From positions 3,472,001 through 3,536,000 of the forward strand of contig OZ361260.1 in the NCBI GenBank assembly GCA_977018835.1: a stretch of DNA of 64,000 nucleotides. The letters are read 5' to 3'. Under the pieces are notes generated by a model. That model had not been told where the DNA came from, made no database searches, and saw nothing but the letters and a program-made list of their open reading frames with translations. A program made the translations under genes and the position numbers. Source of the stretch: Minutocellus sp. GHC0000111 (lineage: Eukaryota). Every line of letters starts with the position of its first letter. Within the stretch, counting starts at the first letter, position 1. This document shows positions 12,000-23,580 of the stretch, piece after piece.

Positions 12000-12830
12000 A
12001 TGGTCGATCCCACCACCTCCACCACCGGTCCCAACACCTCAGCTGCTACCATCAAGGTCAAGAACAAGAATGCAGCGCCGGTTCAGGTATCGGCGGAGCA
12101 GTTGGTGGGAGAGGCTTCGGCGTTGAATAATGATGCCTCTGGTGGTGGTGGAAGGAGCAGTGGTGGAAGAGCCAGCGCCGACGCATCTCGTGGCGGTGCC
12201 GAGGGCACGAGCAGAAGGAACACCGCCGCTGCACCACCTGGTAGTGATGGTAATGACGGTCCCTCACCCAAACGTCAGAGGACCGACGATGGCACCCGTA
12301 GGATGAGCAGCAGTGATACCAAACCAACGCCAGCCGCTGACGAATCATCTACAGCCGCCACATCCTCGGCCGCCGAGGCCATGGCCTCCAAATGCCAGAC
12401 GGCCACCTTGTTCGTCGGCAATCTGCATCCCAGAATAGGAGATGCACATCTCACCAAGCTCTTCTCGCCGTATGGGACGCTCAATCGAGTATCTCTGGTC
12501 AAGAATGGTGCATCGGGGCAGCCCAAGGGGTATGCGTTTGTGGAATTTGCCAGCGTGGAATCGGCACGGAGGGCCATACGGAGGGTCGATGGGCGGATGC
12601 TGCTCAATAAGATGTTGGCTGTTCGGCCGGCTCACGAAAAGACTGGGGCGGCGGCAGGGAATGCTAATGATGATGGTGATTGTAACAATGGGAGCAGAGA
12701 TATCAAGGATAAGAGGCAAGTGAGGAAGGAGAAATCGGAGGTGTTGAGTAAGATTGAGGCGGTGAAGAGAGCCATCGAGGAGAAGAAGGCAAGGGCGGCT
12801 GCAGGTAAATCGTTTGATCGGAAACGGTGA
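12000..12830 (+). CDS. RBM18: RBM18-like RRM protein with N-terminal Crooked-neck-like motif
   Basis: RNP2 LFVGNL, HLTKLF, GQPKGYAFVEF, LAVRPAH, C-terminal KIEAVKRAI. Confidence 0.8.
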   Translation: MVDPTTSTTGPNTSAATIKVKNKNAAPVQVSAEQLVGEASALNNDASGGGGRSSGGRASADASRGGAEGTSRRNTAAAPPGSDGNDGPSPKRQRTDDGTRRMSSSDTKPTPAADESSTAATSSAAEAMASKCQTATLFVGNLHPRIGDAHLTKLFSPYGTLNRVSLVKNGASGQPKGYAFVEFASVESARRAIRRVDGRMLLNKMLAVRPAHEKTGAAAGNANDDGDCNNGSRDIKDKRQVRKEKSEVLSKIEAVKRAIEEKKARAAAGKSFDRKR

Positions 12831-12964
12831 TAGATAGTACTTTCTTTGGAGCATAACATGATACTAGCTATTAAGCAAAAAAGATTATAGAGCTTACCCT
12901 GGATTTTGTTAGTGTCTAAGCTACGTAGCTATCTAGCTTTGGCGAGGGGAGCATCTTTGGAACT

Positions 12965-15900
12965 TTAGGACGACGAAAGATAGTCCGCAGGGTAATTGGG
13001 CCAGGTACCTACCACGAAATCCGGCACTTCACAATCTTCTATAACTTCGTAAGAAGGTAAGGTGGCAATGGCCAATTGTGGAGAGTATGTCTCCCCAGAG
13101 TCATATGCTTTGTCGACTTGTACATAGTAATCTTCTTCATCATTGTCAACTTGTTTGAAGTAACTGCACATTTTGTGTTCTTCAATTCTGTGCACGGTCC
13201 ATTCAAAGGCATCCTTTCGGCATTCAAAATCAAAACGCCTAGCATAGATCCATGTGTACTCGACATCAAGTCCTTTTTCAGCCAAGGATGCCGCAACGGC
13301 GCTAAAACCTGCAATAGCACCATAATACACCCCGGGAAGGGTCCACCCCCCAGTAAAAACAAAGAAGCAATCGTCGCTCCAGCTGTTGCAATGCCAAAAA
13401 TTGTCCAGGCCAAAGCGGCACTTTTCAAGTCGCCATTGACGGCAATTCCTGAAATAAAGAAAGTAAGCTTTCGCCCGTCGTCAGTGACAATCGACTGGCT
13501 CATTTGCGGAGTAGATTGAGCATCTGATCCTTCAACAAAAGCTTCCAAAGCCGATTTTCCCGTCGTAACGACTGATGGAGCAATAAAGCCGCCAACATCT
13601 ATCTCGCCCTCGTCTGTACATCGTAGAGCAATGAGCATTCGATGGTGTTCTCTCACCGCATCTTTTCTGAATGCGAGCCTTTCGACGAGTTGTGTGTCGA
13701 GGGAAAATCTCTTCATAGGACCATATCCAAAGGATTGCCCGATGGGTAGCGTGTACTCTTCAATTTCACCCTTTCCCGTTGCAGAACTATCATGGCGGAG
13801 ATAGGTATCACCGAAAAGGGTTTCAAACTTTTTTACTTGCAAGACATTACGGGTGGGCTCCGGTATGTGTTTCCGTTTTCATCTCTACTTTTCGATCCGT
13901 AAACCTCCGAGGCAATTGGAATCGCGCCCCCGGAACGATTCTCACAGCGAAATCGCACTGTATTTCGGTAAAGGAACATCGTCTCCACATCAAAGAAGAG
14001 ATCCCAAGCAGCGAAGCCTAGTGTCGCAACATCGCCAACTATTGGAACAAGTCCAGCGTTCTTTAGGCCCTTTCCTGCTGTAAAAAGATGCTGCCCCCCG
14101 GGGAGTACCATATTCTTTTGGGCATAGTCGAGAGCTTGAACGAAAACCCTGGCATTTGAAAATGGCTTTCCTGCGGCAGCAAGAGCCGATGCCTCGACTA
14201 TTGTAGAACCGAAGCTGTAAACACTCATGGTTAAACCAGTCGCTTGAGCAACTGCAGTGAACACATCCTCGTCGTCGCTTTTCCAATCGCCTTCCCAGGT
14301 AAATCCAACCCATCGAACCAACATTTCTTCTTCATGAGATAGTGAAATAGGATCAAGGGGAAGGATGTAGCCACTGTCAAAAGCGTTCTTGGTAATGTCT
14401 GCCTTGGAGCTTATCATCTTTGGGATCAATGTACCATCGCATTCATCACACTGTACGTCTATTTCCACTTCATGTTCGAGCTCAATACTATCAGAACTAA
14501 TGTCTTCGTCATAAAGACGAGTATAAAAAAGAAAGCTGACGACATCGGATACGGGGACTGGTGTACATGGTGGCGGTGGTGGCGTGTGGCAACAATTGGA
14601 CGGAAATGGGCAACCAACAGAATATGTCCATCTTTTCATAAAGCTTGGAGGACCCGTGTCGCAATTTTGTTCCAGCGAACACTCACCGAACACATCCTGA
14701 GGAAGGTATCGTTGCCCAGCACTATCGGTAGCTAAGCATTCGGGAATATCGGCTGAAAAGACACAGCAGGGCCCAAACCCAACACAATCCGACGTGTCAT
14801 AAGTAGGAATACCTCCACCATCAATGCAACTTTTATTATTTTGATAGCATTTTCCATCAAAAAGGCCACTTGGAGCCTTAGCAGAACAAGTTGGCGCAGG
14901 AACACAACATGCATCGGAAGAGTCAGGGCAGAAAGCTGTTGTCAAAAGTCCATTTGATGCAGCGCAGTCACTTTCACTTTTACACTCTCCGTCTCTACTT
15001 GAGCACTCATCCTCTCGTACACAACACTTTATACTGTTGTCGCCAGGGCAAAGTCCGTCGGTTGTGGACAAGTTGCAATCGCTCTCCTTTTTACAGGATC
15101 CGCCGATGGAGTTGCACTTGGGAGACTTGATGCAGCACTGTACGTCATCTTCTCCAGGACAAAACCCTGGAACAGCGATCCGATCACTGCCCTGGCATGA
15201 CGACGTATAAAGGCATTCTCCTGTATTGCCATTGTCATCTTGACACGAATAGTCGAAACTGTTTGGATTATCAGGAACAAAAATAACAAAAATTGCACGG
15301 TTACCGGGATTTTTGAAGCTTTCTCTGTCGAAATCGGGATCGTAATTGTCTCGATTTGTGGTTCCATCTTCAAATGTGATGCCATTGAAAAGATCGATCC
15401 CGAAAGTTGGTATGTGGTCATCAGCAATTTCAACTTCGATAGCCAAATTGTAATGTCCAGGCCGCAAATTGGTAATTGCAAAGTTATTTGACGCACCGAC
15501 ATCTGTCTTCCCGAGGAACACCTCAGAGAATGTTCCTCCACTCAAGAAAATTTTAAAACTATCGTCCTTATCATTGCCAGTATCGCCAACTTGTATGGCG
15601 CCTTCAAGAACTGATGCAATGCAGGGCTGGGGGTCGATACGAAATTTGCTTCGGATGATAGTTCCGCTTGGTACGTATTCAAAATGAAGATGAGGCCCTG
15701 TCGCACTACCCGATGCTCCTCCCAAGCCTATCAATTGACCTTCTTCAATTATTTCGCCAATTTCGGCCAACGAAGAGGAGAGATGCGCATATAAAGTTGC
15801 CCCTCCATCATTATGGCGGAGCACCAAGTAGAGACCATATCCCGTAGTCTGACCAGAACTATCGTGTTGTGTTTTTACCAATTCTATCAGACCAGAAGAT

Positions 15901-18499
15901 GCAGCAACGATGTTGTCTCCAACATCTAGGCCATAATCGACACCGAAATGAGGCTTGTATACCTTATCTATGGGATGAAAGCGATTCAAATCAAACGGCG
16001 AACTAACATCATCGCACCCCTTTTCCAGAGGACACCGGAGAGAAGCACCTTGGCACTTGACAGGGCGGATCGCTTGCTGGGCAAGGTGTCGACCGTGGTT
16101 GGTCTTGGCATAGCTCGCCATTTGCGCCCCATCGGAATCGCGCCCAGGAGTTGAAGCTATGAATATATCAGTCGAGTAGTCGCCGTCTTTTGTCAGGTCG
16201 AAAGAGAAAGATGGAACCCAAACTGAGAGGATGTTTGCCTTCTGGTCATATGTTGAATCCACCAGAACAAAGATTGGGAAGGAGCTCTCTTCTACATCAC
16301 TCGATTGTTCGATTCGTACAAAAACTTCAATTTGATCAGTTGTGGGAATGGATTCAAGAAAGTCAGGATCTATTGGGAGGTAGAGCAATGCAAATTTTCT
16401 TTGCGAAGGCATACCGCTAGAACGAAGATTGACATGGTAGCTGCTTTGATGAGTTGGATTATACACTGAAGCTGTCTCGGAAAATATCTGGGCTTTTATA
16501 AGATCAGCTGCAGAGTCAATCTTCTTCACTTCTAAGATTGTATCGCCTTCAAAGAATCCCGCTGGGAAGGAGCCACTTGCAACTCCCGTGAGTTCGATCA
16601 CAGCAGCATTTTCATTTTGAATAGATACCGAGATTGAAGAAAATTGGCTATCATTACATCCAATTTCGCCAGTACCGGAATATCCAGGAGGGCAAGGGCC
16701 GCAGGTGGGACCACCAGAACTATTGATACACTCGGTGAGGAGATCACAGCCCCCGTTGTTGGAATGACAATAATCTTGAACTTCATAGACGCCCTCAACC
16801 CTGACGCAGGCCTCGGCGACGTTGGACTTGTAGCTCAATGAAATATCTTGGTGGCCATCGCAAGCTTGGTAGAAGAAGCACACGTCTGCTGTTTCCCCCT
16901 TTGGAAGGTTTTGATGCTCGGCGGCGAGGCTAGATATGGTGAAGCAACCGTCGGCGCCGATGCTCAGCTTGGTGTGTTGGCCGAGGTCAAAATGTTGGTG
17001 AATATCGTTTTGGACCTCAACCCCATTGACGACGCAAACAGCGAGATTCGCGACATCGCCAATGTCGACATCCTTGTCGTTCTCCAAGACACAACCGTCG
17101 GCTACATCTTCTATCGTAGTAGGGTCGTTGCTCAAATGAATGAATAGGTCACTTAAAGCGATCGGGGCATCGTTGGCACCATCGATACGGATATAAAGCG
17201 TCGCTTCAGCACTGTTTCCATGGTTGTCACCTACGACATACTTGCATTCCTCGTACTCCGTCTGAGTTCCCGATAATTCCTGATATGAACCAGAAGCTCG
17301 GCGGAATATGTAGTCTCCATTAGCACTCAGGCTCAGGATAGATCCATTAGGCAGCTTTATCATCATGGATAAACCCTCACCGGTGTAAGTTACAGTGCTT
17401 CCGGCAGGGCCAACGACCTGGTGGAGGTCTACTTTGAGAGTATGCCCAAAGTCAGGATCAAAATCATTATCAAGGACATTTCCAGTGAGATCGCCAAAAT
17501 AATCCTCGTTGGTTGGCAACGTGTCGTCTTGAGCCTTGTGCATCTGACTCTCGTCGATGACGTGCTTGTACAAAATCGAAACATAGGGAGAAGAACCCAT
17601 CCTTTTGCCTCTTTTCCTTCTAACAGCGACGTCGTAAGTCGCGTCTAGATCGAAAAGGGCCGCTTCGATCTTTTTCGCGGAACCTCGTGCGATGAAACTT
17701 TTCACTCTCGTATTATCCTTGGAGATGCGAACGTCGTAAAGCTTGGGACCATTCACCTTATCCCATCTGACAACGACCTCGTTTGTAGAATAGTCAAAGA
17801 AAACATTGATGCCACTGACTGGATCGTATGTTTCTGTGGATCCACCACCACCACCATAGTTGCGACAGGAACAGCTTTTGCGATAACGATTGCACTCGTC
17901 CGAGGGGATCTGTCGGTTCTGGCAGTACCTTGTTGACCGGTCCCCCCTACAGAAAGCTCGACAGAGCCACGGATGACACTCAACGCCCTGAGCTTCACAA
18001 CCTGTAATGCGAGCTCTGCACCTGTTACCACAGGCTCTCCTCGGCTTGTTACAGAACGTGTCGCACTCGACCACCGAGCGGAAGATATTGTCTGCACGGA
18101 GCTGGCGGTCATCTTCGAGAACCCGTCCCATATCTGATCTGGCACCACGAAGATTGGCGGCTGGGATGGATCGGGGCAGTTGCGTTTCGGGATTGGAAGG
18201 GCTACGTAGCGTGACGGCATTTGTTAAGCCCTTGATTCCATCGCCGCTTAGGGACGAAGGGCGATGTGGTCGGCGTGGATCATGGACAGATCCCACCTGC
18301 TGGTTTATTATGTCGTAGTGAGGAGATGAATAACGATCACTTTAGGTCTAGGCATTGTGAGCGGGCCGATCCAAGGACGAAAGCTACGAAACAAATAAAT
18401 GCACATACGCACCTTCAGATTCCCACCGCTTCCACACACAAACGGCGCTTCGAGAAGCGCACAGACGATAATAATAACTCTAAGGATACGAATCTTCAT
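12965..18499 (-). CDS. ~1,800-aa secreted multidomain protein with M23 metallopeptidase (exon 1 18499-18413; exon 2 18296-12965 with two apparent 1-nt frameshifts near 13877 and 13355)
   Basis: Signal peptide exon MKIRILRVIIIVCALLEAPFVCG spliced GT-AG in frame; HFGVD, GYGLY, YAHL, TGPHLHFE; VCBS/Ig-like, EGF and Cys repeats; ORFs 13039-13842 and 12965-13330 join by adding 1 nt in homopolymers. Confidence 0.88.
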
Positions 18500-19342
18500 G
18501 ATATGACTTCGGGCTCACTTCAATTTTTGTACTTTTTCTTTTGAAATAGACTTGTCGTCTTGTGATTTAATATGTATTGTAACGATCCAGTTTTGCCCTA
18601 CATTGGAATGGCAAAAGTTGTGGAAATAATTTGGATGTAAGAACAATGAACGCCACGATACTAGAGGGTATCGAGAACACATGCCACGAGAACAATATTT
18701 CTGCTTAATGTGCTGGCGACTTACCTCTCAAGGCTTTCTTGCACAATCTATGATATTTTGTTTAGTTGATGTCGCCGTAGCAATGTTCAAATTATTATTT
18801 CCTCTCTGGCTGGCTCGACTCGACTAGCCTCGTAGACTTTGGATTGAACGGAGATGGCAGATGTGTGAGAGGGCGATGGGGCTGACAATACACACATTCA
18901 AATAAGCGGCCAGATCGATCCACTTACTTTATATTTCAGAATCTGAATCTGCTCGTTTAGTTTGCTCACTTATTGGTACTTGTTTTGTCTGTCTCGTCAA
19001 TGGGAGGAGTAGACATGGCAGTAAACCAATGCATGAAGAATTTGTCAGCGCACAGACGAGTGTTACATGATTTCCATACATGTAAGATACCAAGTCGAAA
19101 TCCCGGCCAGTCTTCCACTCACCTGGTGTTGGGCTCTTTTGGGGTTCTTTTTGTTTGATTTATGTCAGCATGCTCCACATCCATCACGCAAGTCGCCAAG
19201 GGAGATCGAGCCATCACGGCTCTTTTTGGCGGCGACGATGCGAAGCACAAATTGTTTCGACGAAGTTCGCCCGGGGCTTATGTGTGACGTCAGAAGGAAA
19301 TACGAACGGGCTTATGTGAGGCGCCCACTCGACAACCGACCA

Positions 19343-20686
19343 TCACTCCACACCAACCGGCTCCTTGCAAAAGCCCTTTTCACGCCAAAATGCATTGCTC
19401 TCTAAGCTATCCATCATCATGCCGGCAGGCGGTCGAAGCATGTAGTAGACATTGCCCTCATCAGCCTTCCTCGCACTCTTTCGGGGCTCACCATGGACCC
19501 AGGAAGAATCAATTTGTAGGGAGCACTCCTCCTCGCATTCTCTTGTGGCACCCTCCCACGAAGTTTCTCCAAGATGGCGCTTTCCACCAGGCAAATCGAC
19601 CTTGTACTTGCCCCCTGTCCACTGCAGCATGCCCAACCAATACGCCGAGTCGGCATCGACGTCCTTCTTTGTAATATGGAGCAGAGATGATAAATGATGC
19701 CCAAGTTCGATCTCGCACCCTCCATTAGTTGATTCATCCACAAGATTCTCAACCCCCTGCCTTGACAAGATATCCCGCAGCGAATAATCGGCTTTGTTGG
19801 ATTGATCCCTCGTCTTGGCTGTCTCACATTGCCACAGAACTTTTCTTGATATTACACAAACATGCTCGGAATGATCAGAATGGAGAGGAATTTCCTCGGC
19901 CTTCTTGTACCGTATCCTCTTCATAGCCAACTCTCGGGCAACACCAACCGTTTGGATCGACGGTGATGAGACACAGACAAACCCATTGGGCTTGTCTCGC
20001 AATAAGCACTGGGCGCAGCTGACCTTGTATGGTTGGCCGCCGCCATCTTCATTGTCGGCACTTCCATTTGCCGAGAACAATTCGTCATGCAACTTGAGCT
20101 CGGCATCCTTGGGGTTGGACTGAAATGCATCATAACTGGTATCCAAGCACAAATAGATTGAATTGATACTCTTGATATCCGGCAACACAACCAGCCCGTC
20201 CAAAGTCGGCTGTACATGTACCGCAACATCATCCTGCTGCTTCGGCGGCCCAAATGGCTGCTGCCCAGGAGCCACCCGCTCTCGGATGGCCTTCATCTTG
20301 GAGCAGCCACATCCCGGCGCATGGACCTTGTACCTAGCCGCTTGGCATTGTGCGTGCATCGAGGGAAAGTCTGAAGTGAACTGCTGAACTGGTCGCTGGG
20401 ACGCACCACCATCCCTCCTATCTGACCTTTTGTTGTTGTTGTTGTGGTTTTGATTGGATCGCCCCGCCAAGCTGCTGCCTCGACCTCTCCCACCCTTTTC
20501 ACCCCGCCCAGCGGCGCCACGGCCACCACCTCAGCCCCTCCCACCACTGTTAGAAGAGGAGTTGCGAGCACCCTGGCGTTGCTGGCCTCTCCCACCTCTG
20601 CCGCCGCCCCGTCCACCTCTCGACGACCTACCGGCACCTCCGGTGGAGGCGGCAGACGGCGTGGCAGCAGAGGGGTTGGAAGGCAT
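19343..20686 (-). CDS. RGG-rich N-terminus + Nudix hydrolase domain; in-frame TGA at 20531-20533
   Basis: Nudix box GGKRHLGETSWEGATRECEEECSL; ATG 20686 is in frame with ORF 19343-20470 except for one TGA. Confidence 0.8.
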
Positions 20687-20949
20687 TATGGCGCTGGTAC
20701 GGCACAGAGCTATTGGTAGCGAAGCAGATGCGCGGGATATGCGAGCAGATCGGATGCAGATGGTGGAAGTGGTTGCTCTCAAGGCGGCTCTACTTGCGGC
20801 GGCATACATCGGGTGGTTGTCATGGTCCAGCCAAGCCAGCAAGCCGGCCAGCCCAGCAGCAGCCCAGAAATTGCTGGTCCAAAGAGACCCGGAAACCGTC
20901 GCGAAGGCAAGACCAGCTCATTCCGTCACCCTTTGGATCTATCGCGAAG

Positions 20950-22045
20950 ATGGCGGCCAGCACCGCAGCCGCCGCTGCTAACACCACAGCCAACGACAAC
21001 ACATCCCTCCAAGTCGGAGACCTCGTTGTGGCCACGGACAAGATATGGGCGGAATCGCAGACGTTCCTGCACTTCATGCGTCGGCAGACCGGTTCGCGAA
21101 TACCACTCCTCCAAGGGCTGCGTCTTCCGAGTGTCGGATGTGATCCATTCGTCCGGTGATTTCATACTCAATCTGGCAAATGTGTTTGATGAAGCTACTC
21201 CCAATGGAAATGGCGAAGATGGTCATGCCAGGCAGCTGTTGAGAAGTGAGAGCCTCATCTTCTGCTCCAAGGGCGACGAAAAGAAGCTCCAAGTTCTGGA
21301 ACGAGCATCTGCCGAAGCTGCAGCTGATACTCAAGCTGATGCGAGCAATACTGACGATGATGCAGCAGCAGAAGGCTCTCATAGCCCACAAGGCAGCAGC
21401 GATGATAAGTCAAACGATGAAAAAAACGATACGAACGACAACGACGACGACGATGAGGAGGAAGAACCAATGTTGCTGATGGGATCCGCACCATATCAAG
21501 ATATCGTTCGATTGTTTTACCGTGGCTTGGACCTTCCCATCGATGTAGCCAAGCACATGACAAAGTTCCTTAAGATCAAAGACATTGCAAAGAGTGAGAT
21601 ATCGGTGACCAGAGCTTCATCTACCAGGGGTGACTATCCTCTATCATCGGTCCTGGGCAACGAAGACGGGACGTGGTGGATATCAGCCGAGGGCAGCATG
21701 GAGTCAGGTCAGGGCGAGGAGTATCTGGAATTCAGTTTGTCACCCAAAGGTATCGCCCGTCGATGTTCCTATGTCGGTCTGAGTATTCCGCCGCTACCGC
21801 AGGGTCCACTATCAGTACGCAAATTTCGCATTGACTGGTCATACGATGGAAAGGAGTGGACCGAGGGATGCCGACGATACACCATGGAAACGATGGATAT
21901 GGCAGGGATGCAATCCTTCAAGCTCGAACAACCGATCGATGCAGCCAAAGTCCGATTGGTATTCCTGACGAATGCATTCACAAGCGCAAGAGGCGGCACA
22001 TCTCCATTTGATTGTGTGGGTTTGTTCTTTGTGAGGTGGAAATAA
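20950..22045 (+). CDS. Hypothetical protein with C-terminal galactose-binding/discoidin-like beta-sandwich; frameshift near 21088
   Basis: MAASTAA...VGDLVVATDK in one frame, VREYHSSKGCVF...TWWIS...EYLEFSL...FRIDWSYDGKEW...VRLVF in another. Confidence 0.65.
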
Positions 22046-22241
22046 ATGGGCACTTTCAGTACAGAGACGGGATGCAGAGACGGGATGCACATACACACAA
22101 CACTGCAACACATAGCTGTCAGAGCTGAGATTTTCATGAGAAGCACAATATGTAAGTCGCCGCATCGCCAAAAGAGGAAGCAAAACTCGAGATACAATAG
22201 TACCACGGCCCTTCATGCAAGACCACTTACTTTTCTCACTG

Positions 22242-23252
22242 ATGATGAAGATGAATTCCATCGTTGCTACCACGCTTTTCCTTTCCTTTGTCGCAGGTAC
22301 CACCTCGGCGCAATGGGTGGAACCAGAGTGGGACGATTATGATTGTGTCATCAAGAGAGATGAGCTGTTGCAAACTGTCGCTCCTCACACTCCGGTATAT
22401 CTCAATGGCGACGCCGTTTGCAGACCTTATCAACCACGTGATACGAAATTCCCCGACCGTGTTCGTCTGACCGATGACGCTCCCAACCAAGCCGGTTCTG
22501 CTTATACCACGTCAACATTTCGCAACACCGAGTATTTTCCCTTTGAGACTTTTTTCGAGTATGAAATCATCCCTGGACAAGACGAGACTGTTGCTGATGG
22601 CATCGCTTTCGTCATTCACTTCGACCCCGATGGTGTGGATGCACTCAGCTCAGTTGGTGGAGGTCTCGGCGTTTACAACGGCTACCCTGAGAGCGCCCCC
22701 TGGGGAATCCGCAACGCTCTTATCATTGAAGTCGATACCTTCCTCAACGAAGGGCCCTTTCCTCCATTCTCCACAAACCAATATGCTCGCACCATCGATG
22801 TCATTGTCACCGATGGCGAAGGATATGCAACGCGAGTGCACGAGGAAGATATATCCCTCACCATCCCCTGGTCCAATAGGGGAAAGATGTGGATTTCACA
22901 TTCTATTAGTTCTCCTTATATTCTTGACATTTACTTCGGAGGCCAGTATACAGACCCAAGACCATCCAACCCTCTGATATCCTTCGATCTTTCTGAATAT
23001 CTGGAGCAACCTGATTCCAACGTTATCTTTTGTGGATTTTCTGCATCTACAGGCGGAGCATTTTCGATCCAAGAAATTGTTCGCTTCACAGGTTGTGCTG
23101 AAATCCCCATTGATGGCGATGACCCGCTCGCCGATGAGGGTCCCTCGGACGGCCCTATCCTACTTGCTTCCACACTTGACGGTGCCGAGTTGACTTCCAT
23201 TAGCTCCATTGAAGCCTCATTCATCGACACGGAACCCGATGCTGAACCTTAA
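22242..23252 (+). CDS. Secreted L-type (legume-like) lectin domain protein
   Basis: Signal peptide; VRLTD..NQAGSAY, ADGIAFVI, GGGLG, IEVDTF.N, GFSASTG. Confidence 0.85.
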   Translation: MMKMNSIVATTLFLSFVAGTTSAQWVEPEWDDYDCVIKRDELLQTVAPHTPVYLNGDAVCRPYQPRDTKFPDRVRLTDDAPNQAGSAYTTSTFRNTEYFPFETFFEYEIIPGQDETVADGIAFVIHFDPDGVDALSSVGGGLGVYNGYPESAPWGIRNALIIEVDTFLNEGPFPPFSTNQYARTIDVIVTDGEGYATRVHEEDISLTIPWSNRGKMWISHSISSPYILDIYFGGQYTDPRPSNPLISFDLSEYLEQPDSNVIFCGFSASTGGAFSIQEIVRFTGCAEIPIDGDDPLADEGPSDGPILLASTLDGAELTSISSIEASFIDTEPDAEP

Positions 23253-23580
23253 AAACTTCATTTCTGACGGCATCAGAGTACGATCGTACGATCAAAGAAA
23301 AAGAGTAAAATAATTTTAACAAGTGATTACAAGCGCCCATCCCTCATCACTTTATCAATCTTCTTGTCGTATCTCACGAACTTGAGCCGCAAACGCATCT
23401 GCCGTGGTTTGCCCATCAAGGTTTTCGGCCTGCGATATTTCACAGTTTCCGTGTGCAAGGGGGGCCCAATGCATCCGTCCTGTATATAAACACGGGCATT
23501 CAGAGAGCCTATCTACTAATGGCTACGTACCATGGTAGTAGCGTAGGCATATATATGCAAATACAAAATCTTTTGAAACC

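Noticed and set aside
12965..18499. Bacterial contamination as the source of the M23 gene
   Set aside because: It has a spliceosomal intron, EGF and RxL features and is embedded between host genes
20531..20533. Selenocysteine recoding of the TGA
   Set aside because: Context is an RGG low-complexity tract where Arg is expected; no SECIS recognised
22062..22088. Short tandem duplications (also 51862-51888) and polyQ/polyG tracts
   Set aside because: Ordinary slippage products
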